Assembly (NCBI GenBank): GCA_043732185.1
Contig: JAYTHY010000092.1
Span: forward strand, 1-64,000
DNA from: Fibrobacteria bacterium
GTDB lineage: Bacteria > Fibrobacterota > Fibrobacteria > UBA11236
Direction: 5' to 3'
DNA length: 64,000 nucleotides
This document shows positions 38,835 through 49,334 of this stretch, one piece after another. Position 1 is the stretch's first letter. Every line of letters begins with the position of its first letter. Under the pieces are notes generated by a model. It searched no databases. It was not told the origin of the DNA and saw only the letters and a program-made list of their open reading frames with translations. A program made the translations under genes and the position numbers.

Positions 38835-40168
38835 TGTGGCCCAACTTGTCCAAGACCTTCAAGACCAAGCACACCGTGAGCCTCTCTCGACATTTCAGCC
38901 AAATACCCAACCAAAGTCTGGCGCAAGGGCTCGCCCACTGCATCCCAAGCGGAATACCCATAAGTCTTTTCAAAAAGGGATTCCAATGCTCGAAGAATTT
39001 CCCCATGAGTTTGATACAACTCTTTGATGGCCCCTTCCAATCCACCTTGTGGCGCCGCGGAATTGGGCAACTGTGACCAAATAGCATGGGCCGGTTCCCA
39101 TCTAGCATTTTGCAAATCGGTTTGAAAGTCGGTTAAAATACGGGCCATCTGTGAGAGTGCGGCCACGCTTTGCCGCGCAGGCAATCCAGATAGCGAAATC
39201 AATTCCGGACTGGAAAGAGTACTGGCGTTCCGGTGAGCCAGCAGTCGGTGTAAGATGGGGTGCCTAACGGAAATGCGCCGGTCCTGTCCACTCTTAACCT
39301 GTTTTACGTCATTGAAGACCTGCGACAAAACGACGGGGTCCAATGCGTACGAACCGTGTGGTTCCAGCCAGAACACCCAGGCGCCGTTTTCACCACCACC
39401 CATGGTGCGAATTTTTTCCATGGCCGCGGCTCGGAAGTTTTTTTCTTCCAAGCCGATGGAACCGCCAAACCAATGGGTTATTTTACGACTGCGGGTATAG
39501 AAACATCCCCCCCGGATGGTGAAATACACGTTCGGCGCCACGTTTTCCACCACTGCATGAATCCAATTATTGGGTTCCCAATGTTTTTCCAAACTCACTG
39601 GAATGCGCGCGGCGGCATCCATTTGCAAGTCGGTCATCAGAACCAACTGCCTTTTATCCTGAAACTCGAAAACATCCAGAGTATTGTTGGCAATGAAATT
39701 TTGTGGCAATAAAGTGGGGAAAAAAAGTTCGCTCAAGTTGAGGAATCCGGGAATGAGCGGAGATACTACTTGAGATTGTAAAGCGATATCTTCGCCGCCG
39801 GAAAAGGACTCACGCCCCGTCAAGGGAGACGTACCGACCACTTGGATTGAAAGGGATCGCGCAGCCGGCTTTGTAACCTCCTCAGAAAAAAACGAGTCGG
39901 GGACACCTAAATAATAAACGTGCAAACCCTGGCTGGTTTTTTGCGCAATCAGTTCCCATTCTTCTCCTAAGTAGGCATTGGACGAAAGCTGATCGATTTT
40001 TAAAGGAAAGAATTCTTGAGTAAAGGTTCCGTTTGCGGATACTTGAATGAGCAATGCTGTGGCTGTATCCAGTTTAGCAATAGCGCCCGTCAATCGCTCC
40101 CCATCGCGGCCAGAAAGCGCTATAGGCACTAGGACGTTTCTGGAATTTAGGGTAACCTGGTAGGACAT
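38831..40168 (-). CDS. Hypothetical protein (445 aa), no recognised family
   Basis: Long ORF with GAGAGG RBS; no signal peptide or TM seen. Confidence 0.75.
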   Translation of the reverse strand: MSYQVTLNSRNVLVPIALSGRDGERLTGAIAKLDTATALLIQVSANGTFTQEFFPLKIDQLSSNAYLGEEWELIAQKTSQGLHVYYLGVPDSFFSEEVTKPAARSLSIQVVGTSPLTGRESFSGGEDIALQSQVVSPLIPGFLNLSELFFPTLLPQNFIANNTLDVFEFQDKRQLVLMTDLQMDAAARIPVSLEKHWEPNNWIHAVVENVAPNVYFTIRGGCFYTRSRKITHWFGGSIGLEEKNFRAAAMEKIRTMGGGENGAWVFWLEPHGSYALDPVVLSQVFNDVKQVKSGQDRRISVRHPILHRLLAHRNASTLSSPELISLSGLPARQSVAALSQMARILTDFQTDLQNARWEPAHAIWSQLPNSAAPQGGLEGAIKELYQTHGEILRALESLFEKTYGYSAWDAVGEPLRQTLVGYLAEMSREAHGVLGLEGLGQVGPQ

Positions 40169-40325
40169 GGATTCCTCTCACAGCCAAACCCAAAGTAACT
40201 AATCGAAGTGAAACAACCCGTTTTTCAATTGTGAAAATAGGGGGTTAAAGTTACCCAAAGTAAAATATCACAAAGCTAAAGTGGCGCGATTACCCGAAAT
40301 TTGGCGTTTGCGCTGCCGTCGACTC

Positions 40326-41336
40326 TCAGGGCAAAACGGCTTCACAGGCAATCAAGGTGCCCTCCACCGCGCTGCCTTTCATTCCATTTGGAACCGTCTG
40401 ACCTGTCACGGCTTCACCTGATTCGGCCGAGCCCGCCCCATCAAAATCTTCCGGTAAGGCCATGGGGCTAAACTGGGTTGGCGGCCGTCCAGCCTTAGTT
40501 AAAGAATCAATTATGCGACTATGAAACTGATCCTGCGTAATTTGGCCGAAATTAGTTAAGGCATGAATTCTACCCCCGGGCCGAATGGCCAAGGCGCACT
40601 TTTCCAGCAAGCGAAAATAATCGTCCTCAAAGCTATATGTCCCGGTTTTAGAACGTGAAAAGCTTGGGGGATCCAGAATGATGACGTCGTAGGAAAGGCC
40701 TTTCTTGCCCGCCCAATCCAAATATTTTTCCGCATCCATTCTCAGAAATTTTGTCGCCTCCGGATCCAAACCATTCGCCGTGGTATTCTCCTTGCCCCAT
40801 CCTAAATAGCGCGCCGAAATATCCACATTCACCACGGCACCTTGGTTTCGAAAGGACGCCGCCACTCCCAGCGAACAGGAATAGCTGAACAGATTGAGAA
40901 CGTCATGGTGCCGACAATGATCCAATAAACTCTCACGAAGTGGCCGGGTATCGAGAAACAGACCCACGTTTCGGGGGTGCTGCAAATGGACGAGGAATTT
41001 CAATACCCCTTCGCGCACTTCCACGGTTTCTGGTACTTCCCCAATCAGGGCCCGGCCCCCTTCCCTGCCCTCTTCACCCTTGGTACTGCGGTCCTTAAGG
41101 GCAATGCCGCGTGCGCCGCATACTTCGGTTAGATCGCGAGGGAAATCGCCATAGTGTTCCCGCAAATCCTTGTCATAGGCGTAAACGACCAGGTAATCCC
41201 CAAATTTGTCGACGATGAGTCCGGGCGTACCGGATGCCGCACCATTTAAAATTCTCAAAGCTGTAGTTTTCTCTCTGAGGGCCGTGCGCTTTTTCCAGGC
41301 GGCCTCCAATGCAGTTCGAAAAGTCGTTTTTTTCAT
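40326..41336 (-). CDS. RlmI/RlmK-like SAM-dependent methyltransferase
   Basis: PGLIVDKFG, GLFLDTR, VLNLFSYS, VDIS, YDVIILDPPSF. Confidence 0.9.
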   Translation of the reverse strand: MKKTTFRTALEAAWKKRTALREKTTALRILNGAASGTPGLIVDKFGDYLVVYAYDKDLREHYGDFPRDLTEVCGARGIALKDRSTKGEEGREGGRALIGEVPETVEVREGVLKFLVHLQHPRNVGLFLDTRPLRESLLDHCRHHDVLNLFSYSCSLGVAASFRNQGAVVNVDISARYLGWGKENTTANGLDPEATKFLRMDAEKYLDWAGKKGLSYDVIILDPPSFSRSKTGTYSFEDDYFRLLEKCALAIRPGGRIHALTNFGQITQDQFHSRIIDSLTKAGRPPTQFSPMALPEDFDGAGSAESGEAVTGQTVPNGMKGSAVEGTLIACEAVLP

Positions 41337-41414
41337 ATCGCAAGTTTTCCGATTTGCTCGAGGACCAAGGCTTAAAATTTATAATTTTCTTGGACACCAA
41401 CCCGGGAATGTTCC

Positions 41415-42956
41415 ATGGCAATGACCACTGAAGATAAAAGCCGGAGTACGTCCAATTTTTTCCATACCAAAGGCCGCTGCCCGGATGATTGTCTAATCAT
41501 TATTTTTGGCGGGTCCGGCGATCTGGCCAAACGGAAGTTGTTTCCCGCTCTCGGAAACCTTCTGTTCAAAAAGCTTCTGCCGGCCAACTTCAGGATTATC
41601 GGTGTGGGACGCAAGCCCATGGAGCCGCAGCAACTCCTCTCCATGGGTAAGTATCCTTCCGAGTTTGAAAAACATTTTCTGTACCTGCAAACCGATTATA
41701 GCCCATCGGGAATCCAGAAGCTCAAAGAAACCTGTGATCAAATCTGCAAGGACACGGGGATTCCTCCCAACTACCTTTTCTATTTGGCCATTCCACCGGG
41801 CGGCTATGCCGAGGTAGCCGCAGCCCTCAAAAAGGGTGGCATGATTCATGGGCCTCAAGTCACGCATTGGAGCCGATTGGTAGTGGAAAAACCCTATGGT
41901 CGTGACATTGAAACGGCCACGGCCCTGAACGAAAATCTACTGGCCTGCTTCCGGGAAAAACAGATCTACCGCATCGATCATTATTTGGGCAAAGAAGCAG
42001 TACAAAATCTCCTAGTCTTCCGTTTTGCCAATTCGGTATTTGAACCCCTGTGGAACCACCATTACATCGACCATGTACAAATCAGTTCCTCGGAACTTTT
42101 GGGGGCCGAGGACCGGGCGGAATACTACGACAATAGCGGTCTATTAAGGGATATGATCCAAAATCACCTGATGCAAATCTTCTGCTTAGTGACCATGGAA
42201 CCGCCCGTGTCCTTGTCCGCTGACGCCATTAGGGATGAAAAGGTCAAAGTGCTGAGAAGCTTACGCCCGCTGGATTTGCAGGCTGTGCCGCCTCCCGCCA
42301 TTCGCGGCCAATATGGCCCCGGGACTATCAAAGAGGCCCCGGTCGTTGGCTATCGCCAAGAGAAAGGCGTTGCCAAGGATACCAGTACGGAAACTTTTGT
42401 GGCGCTTAGGATGAATATCGACAACAACCGTTGGGCCGGCGTTCCCTTTTATTTGCGATCCGGTAAACGGCTTGGCCGCAAAGGGACGGAAGTGGTCATC
42501 ACCTTCAAGCACCTTCCCAAGACTCTTTTCAACAGCAAGCAAGTGCCGGTTAAAAACAACCGTATCGTCTTTAAAATCCAGCCTCAGGAAGCCATTCTCC
42601 TGGAATTGACCAGCAAGAATCCCGGTCAAAGTTTTGAGCTGTCCGATACGTCCATGAATTTTTGTTACAGCGACCATTTTGACACCAGTGCGGATGCGTA
42701 TGAGCGCTTGCTGATGGATTCGATTTCCGGGGATCCGACACTATTCGTCCGCTCCGATGAAACCGAGCTCTCTTGGAAATACCTGGATCCACTTTTCAAG
42801 AATTGGCCAGTGCAACCCATGGGCGACAAATTTCCAAACTATGCAGCCGGTTCCGAAGGTCCAGCCGAAGCAGCCGATATTCTGATTCAGGGGGAGGAAA
42901 AGGTCGAGTGGCTCGACTTCTCCAAGTACGACAATATTTGCCTGCCGGAAACTTAA
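41415..42956 (+). CDS. zwf: Glucose-6-phosphate 1-dehydrogenase
   Basis: GGSGDLAKRKLFPAL, VEKPYG, RIDHYLGKE, RDMIQNHL, WAGVPFYLRSGK. Confidence 0.97.
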   Translation: MAMTTEDKSRSTSNFFHTKGRCPDDCLIIIFGGSGDLAKRKLFPALGNLLFKKLLPANFRIIGVGRKPMEPQQLLSMGKYPSEFEKHFLYLQTDYSPSGIQKLKETCDQICKDTGIPPNYLFYLAIPPGGYAEVAAALKKGGMIHGPQVTHWSRLVVEKPYGRDIETATALNENLLACFREKQIYRIDHYLGKEAVQNLLVFRFANSVFEPLWNHHYIDHVQISSSELLGAEDRAEYYDNSGLLRDMIQNHLMQIFCLVTMEPPVSLSADAIRDEKVKVLRSLRPLDLQAVPPPAIRGQYGPGTIKEAPVVGYRQEKGVAKDTSTETFVALRMNIDNNRWAGVPFYLRSGKRLGRKGTEVVITFKHLPKTLFNSKQVPVKNNRIVFKIQPQEAILLELTSKNPGQSFELSDTSMNFCYSDHFDTSADAYERLLMDSISGDPTLFVRSDETELSWKYLDPLFKNWPVQPMGDKFPNYAAGSEGPAEAADILIQGEEKVEWLDFSKYDNICLPET

Positions 42957-44188
42957 GGCTTACGGGAGATTAGGCTCCGCATTTTCCAGATAAGCGACGG
43001 CGAGGACCAAAGGGTCGTCAGGAAAATGCGTGTCATGCTTCTTTTATTTGCGGGAATGCGCGCCAGCTTGAGCGCTGCCTTATTAAAGGTTTCATCTTTG
43101 ACCTCGGAAAACGGACCCTTGGCCTTGTGAATCCGCATATTGGCATGTCCATACGCCGCATCCCAAGCCTGCTTATACCCGATGTAATGCTGCTGCTTTT
43201 GCGATTCCGTATCTAGTTCAATCACTTTGAGTGCGGCCTGCGCTGCCAGTTTCCCGCCTTGCATGGCTTCCAGAATACCGGCACGACTGATAGGATTGAC
43301 CATATTCGCGGCATCGCCAACTTTGAACAAGTTTTCTACGGCCATAGGTTGGTGCGTATAGCCGCAAGGTATGACGCCTCCGTGCAGCGTCTCGATTGTG
43401 GCACCAGGATAGACTTGGGCTAAAAAAGTCTGCATGGTTTTACGCGCTGGGGCCTCTTTGGCAAACCGTTTTCCAATGACAAGCCCGACATTCGCCACTT
43501 CCTGGTCTCGGGGAAATAGCCAAGCATACCCACCTGGGGCATAGCATTTTCCGAAAAACATTTGAATGTAATTGGTGGGATATTTTAGCCCCCGGACTAA
43601 AGCAAAGAGCGCTGGCTCCACGTCAAAATCACCCTGTACGATTTTCTCACCTTGGCCAAAACCGAGTCCGGGACCACTGGCGTCAAGGACAACGCGCGCC
43701 TTAATTTCACCGGAAATATCTCCTGCATAGGCAACGGTCCGGTAGCCACCTGCATACGGCGAAACCGTCACGGCCCGCGCGCGGAAATTGCAATGTACGC
43801 CCTGCTTTTGACACTGCTCCGCCAACTGCTTGTGCATGAGGGCTCGATCGATCAAAAGTCCGCTGCCAGGACTGTCGAATACAACAGCCGTGCCGTTTGG
43901 AGCAATGAAATGGACACCGTCGATGGGACCGCGAATCCAACCTGGCTCTACCTTGGGGACCAACTCCCGCAAGCCTTTGGCGGATACGGCCTCAGCGCAA
44001 GAAACGGGTTCGCGCCACGGGTCGCGTTTGTCCAGCAAGGCAATTCTGTAAGCGCGTGGCTTGCTTCCAGCTATTTGAGAAGTCGAGCCAGTGGAATTAG
44101 CCAACCCCAAATTCAGGGCTGCCAACAAGCCTCCAGGCCCAGCACCAATCACAACAAAATCATATTCGGCCAGTAGCGTGTCTTTCAT
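42953..44188 (-). CDS. Geranylgeranyl-reductase-family FAD oxidoreductase
   Basis: IGAGPGG, PVSCAEA, APGGYAWLFP, VGDAA..VNP...AGI. Confidence 0.88.
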   Translation of the reverse strand: MKDTLLAEYDFVVIGAGPGGLLAALNLGLANSTGSTSQIAGSKPRAYRIALLDKRDPWREPVSCAEAVSAKGLRELVPKVEPGWIRGPIDGVHFIAPNGTAVVFDSPGSGLLIDRALMHKQLAEQCQKQGVHCNFRARAVTVSPYAGGYRTVAYAGDISGEIKARVVLDASGPGLGFGQGEKIVQGDFDVEPALFALVRGLKYPTNYIQMFFGKCYAPGGYAWLFPRDQEVANVGLVIGKRFAKEAPARKTMQTFLAQVYPGATIETLHGGVIPCGYTHQPMAVENLFKVGDAANMVNPISRAGILEAMQGGKLAAQAALKVIELDTESQKQQHYIGYKQAWDAAYGHANMRIHKAKGPFSEVKDETFNKAALKLARIPANKRSMTRIFLTTLWSSPSLIWKMRSLISRKP

Positions 44189-44257
44189 CGATTCCTAAAA
44201 TTCTTCATAGTGACCTAAATGTAGTGGCAAGCCACTCAGAATACCAGGCGAACAATC

Positions 44258-44950
44258 CTAAACCAATGGCAACTGCCAATCAATTGCTGCTTGTCCCGAA
44301 GCCAGTAATAATTTATTCGTTTGCGAAAAATGTCGGCATCCCAAAAAGCCTGTATGCGCGGAAAAGGGCGACGGATGGGGTGCGGTTAAGACATGGTGGC
44401 GCTTGGCATCGATGATGGCGCCTTTCTGTTGGGCTGGTTTGCCCCAGAGGAGAAATACCAGGCCCTTTTTTTCAGCATTGAGAGATTGGATCACGGCATC
44501 AGTGAAAGCCTCCCAGCCTTTCCCATGATGGGAGGCTGCCTGTCCGGCCCGCACTGTCAAAACCGAATTCAACAGCAATACGCCTTGGGTAGCCCAAGAC
44601 TCGAGGTTGCCGTGCGTGGGCGCCGTGCATCCGACATCGGTTAGCAATTCCTTATAAATATTCATTAGGCTTGGTGGCGGCTTAACACCTCGCAATACAG
44701 AAAAACAAAGTCCATGCGCTTGGCCCGCACCATGATACGGATCCTGACCGAGTATCACCACTTTGACGGCATCAAAGGGCGTCTTGGCAAAGGCATTGAA
44801 AATAAGTGATCCCGCTGGGTAGAGGACCTCTCCCAGTTGCCTTTCCTCGAGTAGAAATCGACGCAGCTCAATGAAATAGGGCTTGGTGAACTCGCCTTTG
44901 AGTTTGGCTTTCCACGAGGGTTCCATTTTTGGGTCGATGTTATTTTCCAC
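44258..44950 (-). CDS. ung: Uracil-DNA glycosylase (family 1)
   Basis: [29 protein letters not shown]; start placed at GTG 44950. Confidence 0.96.
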   Translation of the reverse strand: MENNIDPKMEPSWKAKLKGEFTKPYFIELRRFLLEERQLGEVLYPAGSLIFNAFAKTPFDAVKVVILGQDPYHGAGQAHGLCFSVLRGVKPPPSLMNIYKELLTDVGCTAPTHGNLESWATQGVLLLNSVLTVRAGQAASHHGKGWEAFTDAVIQSLNAEKKGLVFLLWGKPAQQKGAIIDAKRHHVLTAPHPSPFSAHTGFLGCRHFSQTNKLLLASGQAAIDWQLPLV

Positions 44951-44952
44951 TT

Positions 44953-46818
44953 TTACAGCAAGCCCCACAGCCCACGGCCCCGCGCAGCCATAGCCTCTAC
45001 CCTACGCACCACGTCAGGATCCGATTCCAAAGCAGGCGCATGATGCGGCTTTATTCTGGCATCCACAATCAAGGGACCGCGGCAACCCCAATGTTTGTCT
45101 TCCGTAAACGCCCAAATTCCATGGATATCCCGGGCTGGATCGGACCTAGTAAAAGTGACCCACAGGAAATTATCCAACCGTTCAGCCGAAAAGCGAACCT
45201 CATCGACCAAGACAAGCATTGCCAATCCCCGGAAAAACTCCGCATCCGCCGCATCAGGCTGCATGCCCGCGCTTTCACAGGCTGTCACTAAGCGCCCCAC
45301 GTCGGCTTTGCCTTTTACCCCATCGCGAAAGGCTGGCGAAGCCACTACCAGTATTCCTGGTAAGGCCATTTCCACACCGGTAAAACCGTCCGGCAACAAC
45401 TGAACAAAACGCGCCGGGACTTCGGTTGCCAACGCCCGCCTCTTAGGTCCGGCAGCCGCGATCACCACTTTAGATCCTGCATTAAGCCCTGTACCGGTAT
45501 AATCTAGGGTATCTTGCGTGGTACAGGTTTGGAAATGCAAATCCGTGCGCCAATCGACGCGTTCCAGAACGTGGGTAAAAAAATCCGCCACATTCCGGAT
45601 ATCCAAATCCGGCTTATCTTCCTTGGCTGACAATAAAAGGAATTTCGCCAAAGACAGCTGACCATATCCGAGTATCGCATTGGCTAAGGTCAGCAATTCG
45701 CGGGGTTTGCGTTCCGCATATGGCACATAACGTTCGCTACCGATAGCCAATAAGAGCGGATGCACTCCCGAGGCTTCCACCGCATGCACGGCGTGCAGGC
45801 CCGGGATTTCCACGGGCAATAGCGGTCCCGCCAATTCATGGATGAGCTCGGCAAAATGGGAATCCTCTTGAGGGGGCCTTCCGACCACGGTAAAAGGCCA
45901 AATCGCATCTTTACGGTGGTAGACCTTTTCCACTTCCATGACTGGAAAAGGATGGGTCAAACTGTAATAACCTAGATGGTCCCCAAAGGGGCCTTCCGGC
46001 AAGGTGTGCCCGGGATCGATGGTTCCCACTATACAGAAGTCCGCGTCTGCGGAGAGCAAATGTCCACCCTCGCGGGTATATCCAAACCTGCGGCCTGCCA
46101 ACATCCCTGCAAAAAAAATTTCCGGCATGCCTTCCGGCAACGGCATCACCGCAGCCAAAGCATGAGCCGGCGGCCCGCCCACAAAAATGGAAACCTTAAG
46201 TTTCTCACCTCGGTTGATGGACGCATGGTGGTGCACGCCAATGCCTCGGTGAATTTGGTAATGGAGACCTACTTGCGCTCCAGGCTGATACTGGCCCCCG
46301 GATAGCTGTATGCGATACATCCCCAAATTGGAATGCCGGATACCGGGATGATCCGGATGTTCCGTGTACACCTGTGGAAGGGTGATAAAAGCCCCGCCGT
46401 CTTTGGGCCATCCCACGATTTTAGGAAGACCATTTAGACTGGTTGTACATTCCATCACCCCGGCACGGTTCACTTGCCTAGGCAAACCATGCCATGCCGT
46501 CCAGGGCAACTTCCACTGCCGCCAAGGCTGCCGGGTCCACGCCATGGGATCCCGCTTTAAATCGAGCACCGCTTTTACGTTGGTCAATGTATGTCTAAAT
46601 AGAAAGTGGGTCCTTTTTTGTGTGCCGTAAAGATTGGCAAGGCATGGGAATCCAGTTCCCTTCACACGCGTGAACAGCAACGCCGGGCCTTGGGCCGCAT
46701 AAACCCGTCTTTGAATTTCGGCCATTTCCAGATGGGGATCGACTTCCTCATCGACGCGGCGCAACTGGCCATGCCGTTCCAAATCCTCAACACAATCCCG
46801 CAAACTGGAATAGGCCAT
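44953..46818 (-). CDS. UbiD-family (prFMN) decarboxylase
   Basis: [43 protein letters not shown]. Confidence 0.92.
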   Translation of the reverse strand: MAYSSLRDCVEDLERHGQLRRVDEEVDPHLEMAEIQRRVYAAQGPALLFTRVKGTGFPCLANLYGTQKRTHFLFRHTLTNVKAVLDLKRDPMAWTRQPWRQWKLPWTAWHGLPRQVNRAGVMECTTSLNGLPKIVGWPKDGGAFITLPQVYTEHPDHPGIRHSNLGMYRIQLSGGQYQPGAQVGLHYQIHRGIGVHHHASINRGEKLKVSIFVGGPPAHALAAVMPLPEGMPEIFFAGMLAGRRFGYTREGGHLLSADADFCIVGTIDPGHTLPEGPFGDHLGYYSLTHPFPVMEVEKVYHRKDAIWPFTVVGRPPQEDSHFAELIHELAGPLLPVEIPGLHAVHAVEASGVHPLLLAIGSERYVPYAERKPRELLTLANAILGYGQLSLAKFLLLSAKEDKPDLDIRNVADFFTHVLERVDWRTDLHFQTCTTQDTLDYTGTGLNAGSKVVIAAAGPKRRALATEVPARFVQLLPDGFTGVEMALPGILVVASPAFRDGVKGKADVGRLVTACESAGMQPDAADAEFFRGLAMLVLVDEVRFSAERLDNFLWVTFTRSDPARDIHGIWAFTEDKHWGCRGPLIVDARIKPHHAPALESDPDVVRRVEAMAARGRGLWGLL

Positions 46819-46837
46819 GACTACTTCTGAACCAGAA

Positions 46838-47218
46838 TCATAGGACTACGGCATCCGCCTCGATCTCCACCAACATCTCTGGTGCAATGAGCCGCTTGAC
46901 TTCCACCATGGTGGTCACGGGACGAATATCCCCGAAAACTTCTCCATGCGCTTTCCCAGCAGCTTCCCAAGCCGAGATATCCGTCATGAAAATGCGGGTC
47001 CGAACCACGTTCTGCAAACCGGCTCCGGCTTGACCTAATGCGGATGCGATGTTTTGCAGCGCTTGCTTCGTTTGCGCATAGGTGTCGCCCGTGACCTTAC
47101 CGGTCGCATCGGACCCGGTTGTCCCGGACACAAAAACTTGATTGCCGATTCGGACCGCACGCGAATAACCGATGATGGGTTCCCATTTGGAACCGGTGGA
47201 TATGTTCTTTCTTTCCAT
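46838..47218 (-). CDS. RidA/YjgF-family protein
   Basis: WEPIIGYSRAVR, VSGTT, VVRTRIF, RPVTTMVEV, LVEIEADA. Confidence 0.92.
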   Translation of the reverse strand: MERKNISTGSKWEPIIGYSRAVRIGNQVFVSGTTGSDATGKVTGDTYAQTKQALQNIASALGQAGAGLQNVVRTRIFMTDISAWEAAGKAHGEVFGDIRPVTTMVEVKRLIAPEMLVEIEADAVVL

Positions 47219-47315
47219 ATATAGACTCCGGATGGTAAAGTGGAAGGGCAAATATATTAGTTAATGACCGCGGCTCCCACCTATAAGTCCGAACTCCCAC
47301 CCAACTCGCGCAGTA

Positions 47316-48515
47316 TCACGAATTGAGCAGCAGCTTGGCCACAATTGGAGAGTAACGCTTTTGCACCCAAGCCGGATCCGGAGCGGCTTTTCCCCGTAAA
47401 CACGCTTTCAAATCCGCATCAAGCATAAAAAGGAAGCTGGCCCATTCACGATGCAAGGGAGAAACCCAGTCCCAAATCAAGGGGTGCAGGGCTTTACGCA
47501 GTACGGCCACCGAGTCTGCTTTCAAATCTGAGTCAGCGGCGCGAAAAAATGGGGATTCCAGAAAACGAGCCACCTTTTTGAAATCATCCGGAACAGCAAA
47601 TGCATCCAGGGTTTGCCGCCAAGCTTTTTCCGGACTCAAGCCAGCGCGAAAGGCCGCTAGTAAAGACAGGAGAAACATATCCGTTACCGGTAATCCCGTA
47701 GGATTGAGAAGCACGCCCCGCGTCCATTTCCAAAGGCCTTGAGTGCGGCCTCGGTAAGGACCCACGAACAATTTGTTCGGACAATAATCATTGGCATACA
47801 AGTTGTCCCAGATCACCACATTGCCGTTAAAAAGTTTTGCCACAGAGCGAATCGCTTCGGCCGACAAATTTTCGGAAATAATATTCGGACCCGTCCACAT
47901 CACGGTAACTTCTTTGGGCAAAGTGGCTGCCAAATCGAGCAGGTAGATATCCTCTGCAGGCTTGCCTGGTTTTCCTTTGGCATTGCGGGCAAATTGGTCC
48001 GTATACACGGTGGGACAGAACCACAAACGGCAAGCCTGGCCGGAGCGATTCAAATCTTCTAGGAGTCGGGCCACCAATTGGCCATGGGCTTGACCTAGGC
48101 TGTGAAATGCATTTCGGCAGGCCGCAGGTAGATCCGGCGGAATATCGTCCATAAGTAAGGCCATAAGAGTGCTACCGGCATCCCGAAAAACCGAAAACTT
48201 TTGCAAGAGTGAGCGATAATCTTTTTCATTCAGATACTCAAAGGAAAGTCCTGGAGCCAATCCTGGTATGGCTTGTACATTATGGCGCGCAGCCTTGGCA
48301 GTGAAGCTGGACCAATTCTCGAGCCATTTTTTTCCATAGGGTGTGCGCCACTCGCGACGATGCAGGGGATCCTCTTTAGGCGCATAGAGATAGCTGTCAC
48401 CCCCCAGCTTTCCCAAATGCTCGACCAGCATATGGCGATCTTCCCAGTCCATCAGGCGCCAATAATAGCCCTCGATATATCCCCAATGCGAATTTGGTTT
48501 TGCTTGTCTAGCCAT
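47316..48515 (-). CDS. GH84 beta-N-acetylglucosaminidase (O-GlcNAcase-like), no signal peptide
   Basis: GYIEGYY, YLYAPKEDPLHRREWR, catalytic LMDDI, FCPTVY, WTGP, WDNLYANDY. Confidence 0.9.
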   Translation of the reverse strand: MARQAKPNSHWGYIEGYYWRLMDWEDRHMLVEHLGKLGGDSYLYAPKEDPLHRREWRTPYGKKWLENWSSFTAKAARHNVQAIPGLAPGLSFEYLNEKDYRSLLQKFSVFRDAGSTLMALLMDDIPPDLPAACRNAFHSLGQAHGQLVARLLEDLNRSGQACRLWFCPTVYTDQFARNAKGKPGKPAEDIYLLDLAATLPKEVTVMWTGPNIISENLSAEAIRSVAKLFNGNVVIWDNLYANDYCPNKLFVGPYRGRTQGLWKWTRGVLLNPTGLPVTDMFLLSLLAAFRAGLSPEKAWRQTLDAFAVPDDFKKVARFLESPFFRAADSDLKADSVAVLRKALHPLIWDWVSPLHREWASFLFMLDADLKACLRGKAAPDPAWVQKRYSPIVAKLLLNS

Positions 48516-48533
48516 GCGTTCGCTTGCTGTCCT

Positions 48534-49334
48534 TCACCTAGCCGGTTCGAGGCCGTTCAATTTCAGCATATAGCCACCGGCCACATCCAGGTTCACGCCC
48601 GTGACGTAACCGGCACGTTCCCCCACCAAAAATTCAACAGCATCACAGACATCTTCGCATTTCCCCAATCGCTCCAGGGGAATATGGTCTTTGGGATGCT
48701 GGGGCAGCTCCACGCTATTGTCCAGTATACCCGGCGAAACCATGTTGACTCGAATAGCCCGTGGTCCCAATGCCTGCGCCAACGATTTGGTCAGTACCAA
48801 TAATCCATTTTTGGAAATGAGATACGCTGTATTGTGAACGCTGGCTGACTGATTCTCAATTCCGGCATAGCCGATATTCACAATCGACCCACCGGCCTTG
48901 GGGAAAAGCGGCAAACAACTTTGCGACAAATGAAAGGCCGCCACCAAATTGGTCTGAAGCGTAGCGGCGAAATCCTCTATGGAATACTCAAGTAGGCTTC
49001 CGGTGCGATAGATGCCGACATTATTGACAAGAACATCCAACCGTCCGGATTGCATCCTGATTTTTTCCACCAGCGCTCGCACCTCGCCCGCTACGGCAAC
49101 ATCTGCCTGTACCAAGGCACCTCTGCCGCCCTTGGAATGGATTAGCGCCAATACGGCTTCCGCCTCACTTTTCGAGGACAGGTAATGCACCCAGGTAAAA
49201 TAGCCCGCACTCGCCAGGCGCATCGCCAGGGCCTTGCCCAGACGTTTGGCGGAACCGGTTACCAGCGCCGCTTTTTCCACCGAGGATTCGCTCAAGTTAT
49301 CTTTAGAGACAGAAACGTCAACACCATCCATCAT
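48534..49334 (-). CDS. SDR oxidoreductase, pteridine/dihydrofolate reductase-like
   Basis: TGSAKRLG, VHY..S, LVNNVG, IVNIGYAG, YLISK (YxxxK), DVAGG; ATGA overlap with folB; start uncertain. Confidence 0.8.
   Translation of the reverse strand: MMDGVDVSVSKDNLSESSVEKAALVTGSAKRLGKALAMRLASAGYFTWVHYLSSKSEAEAVLALIHSKGGRGALVQADVAVAGEVRALVEKIRMQSGRLDVLVNNVGIYRTGSLLEYSIEDFAATLQTNLVAAFHLSQSCLPLFPKAGGSIVNIGYAGIENQSASVHNTAYLISKNGLLVLTKSLAQALGPRAIRVNMVSPGILDNSVELPQHPKDHIPLERLGKCEDVCDAVEFLVGERAGYVTGVNLDVAGGYMLKLNGLEPAR

Noticed and set aside
40222..40237. TTTTCA-N4-TGAAAA palindrome as an operator
   Set aside because: Short and AT-rich within an AT-rich gap; cannot be distinguished from chance.
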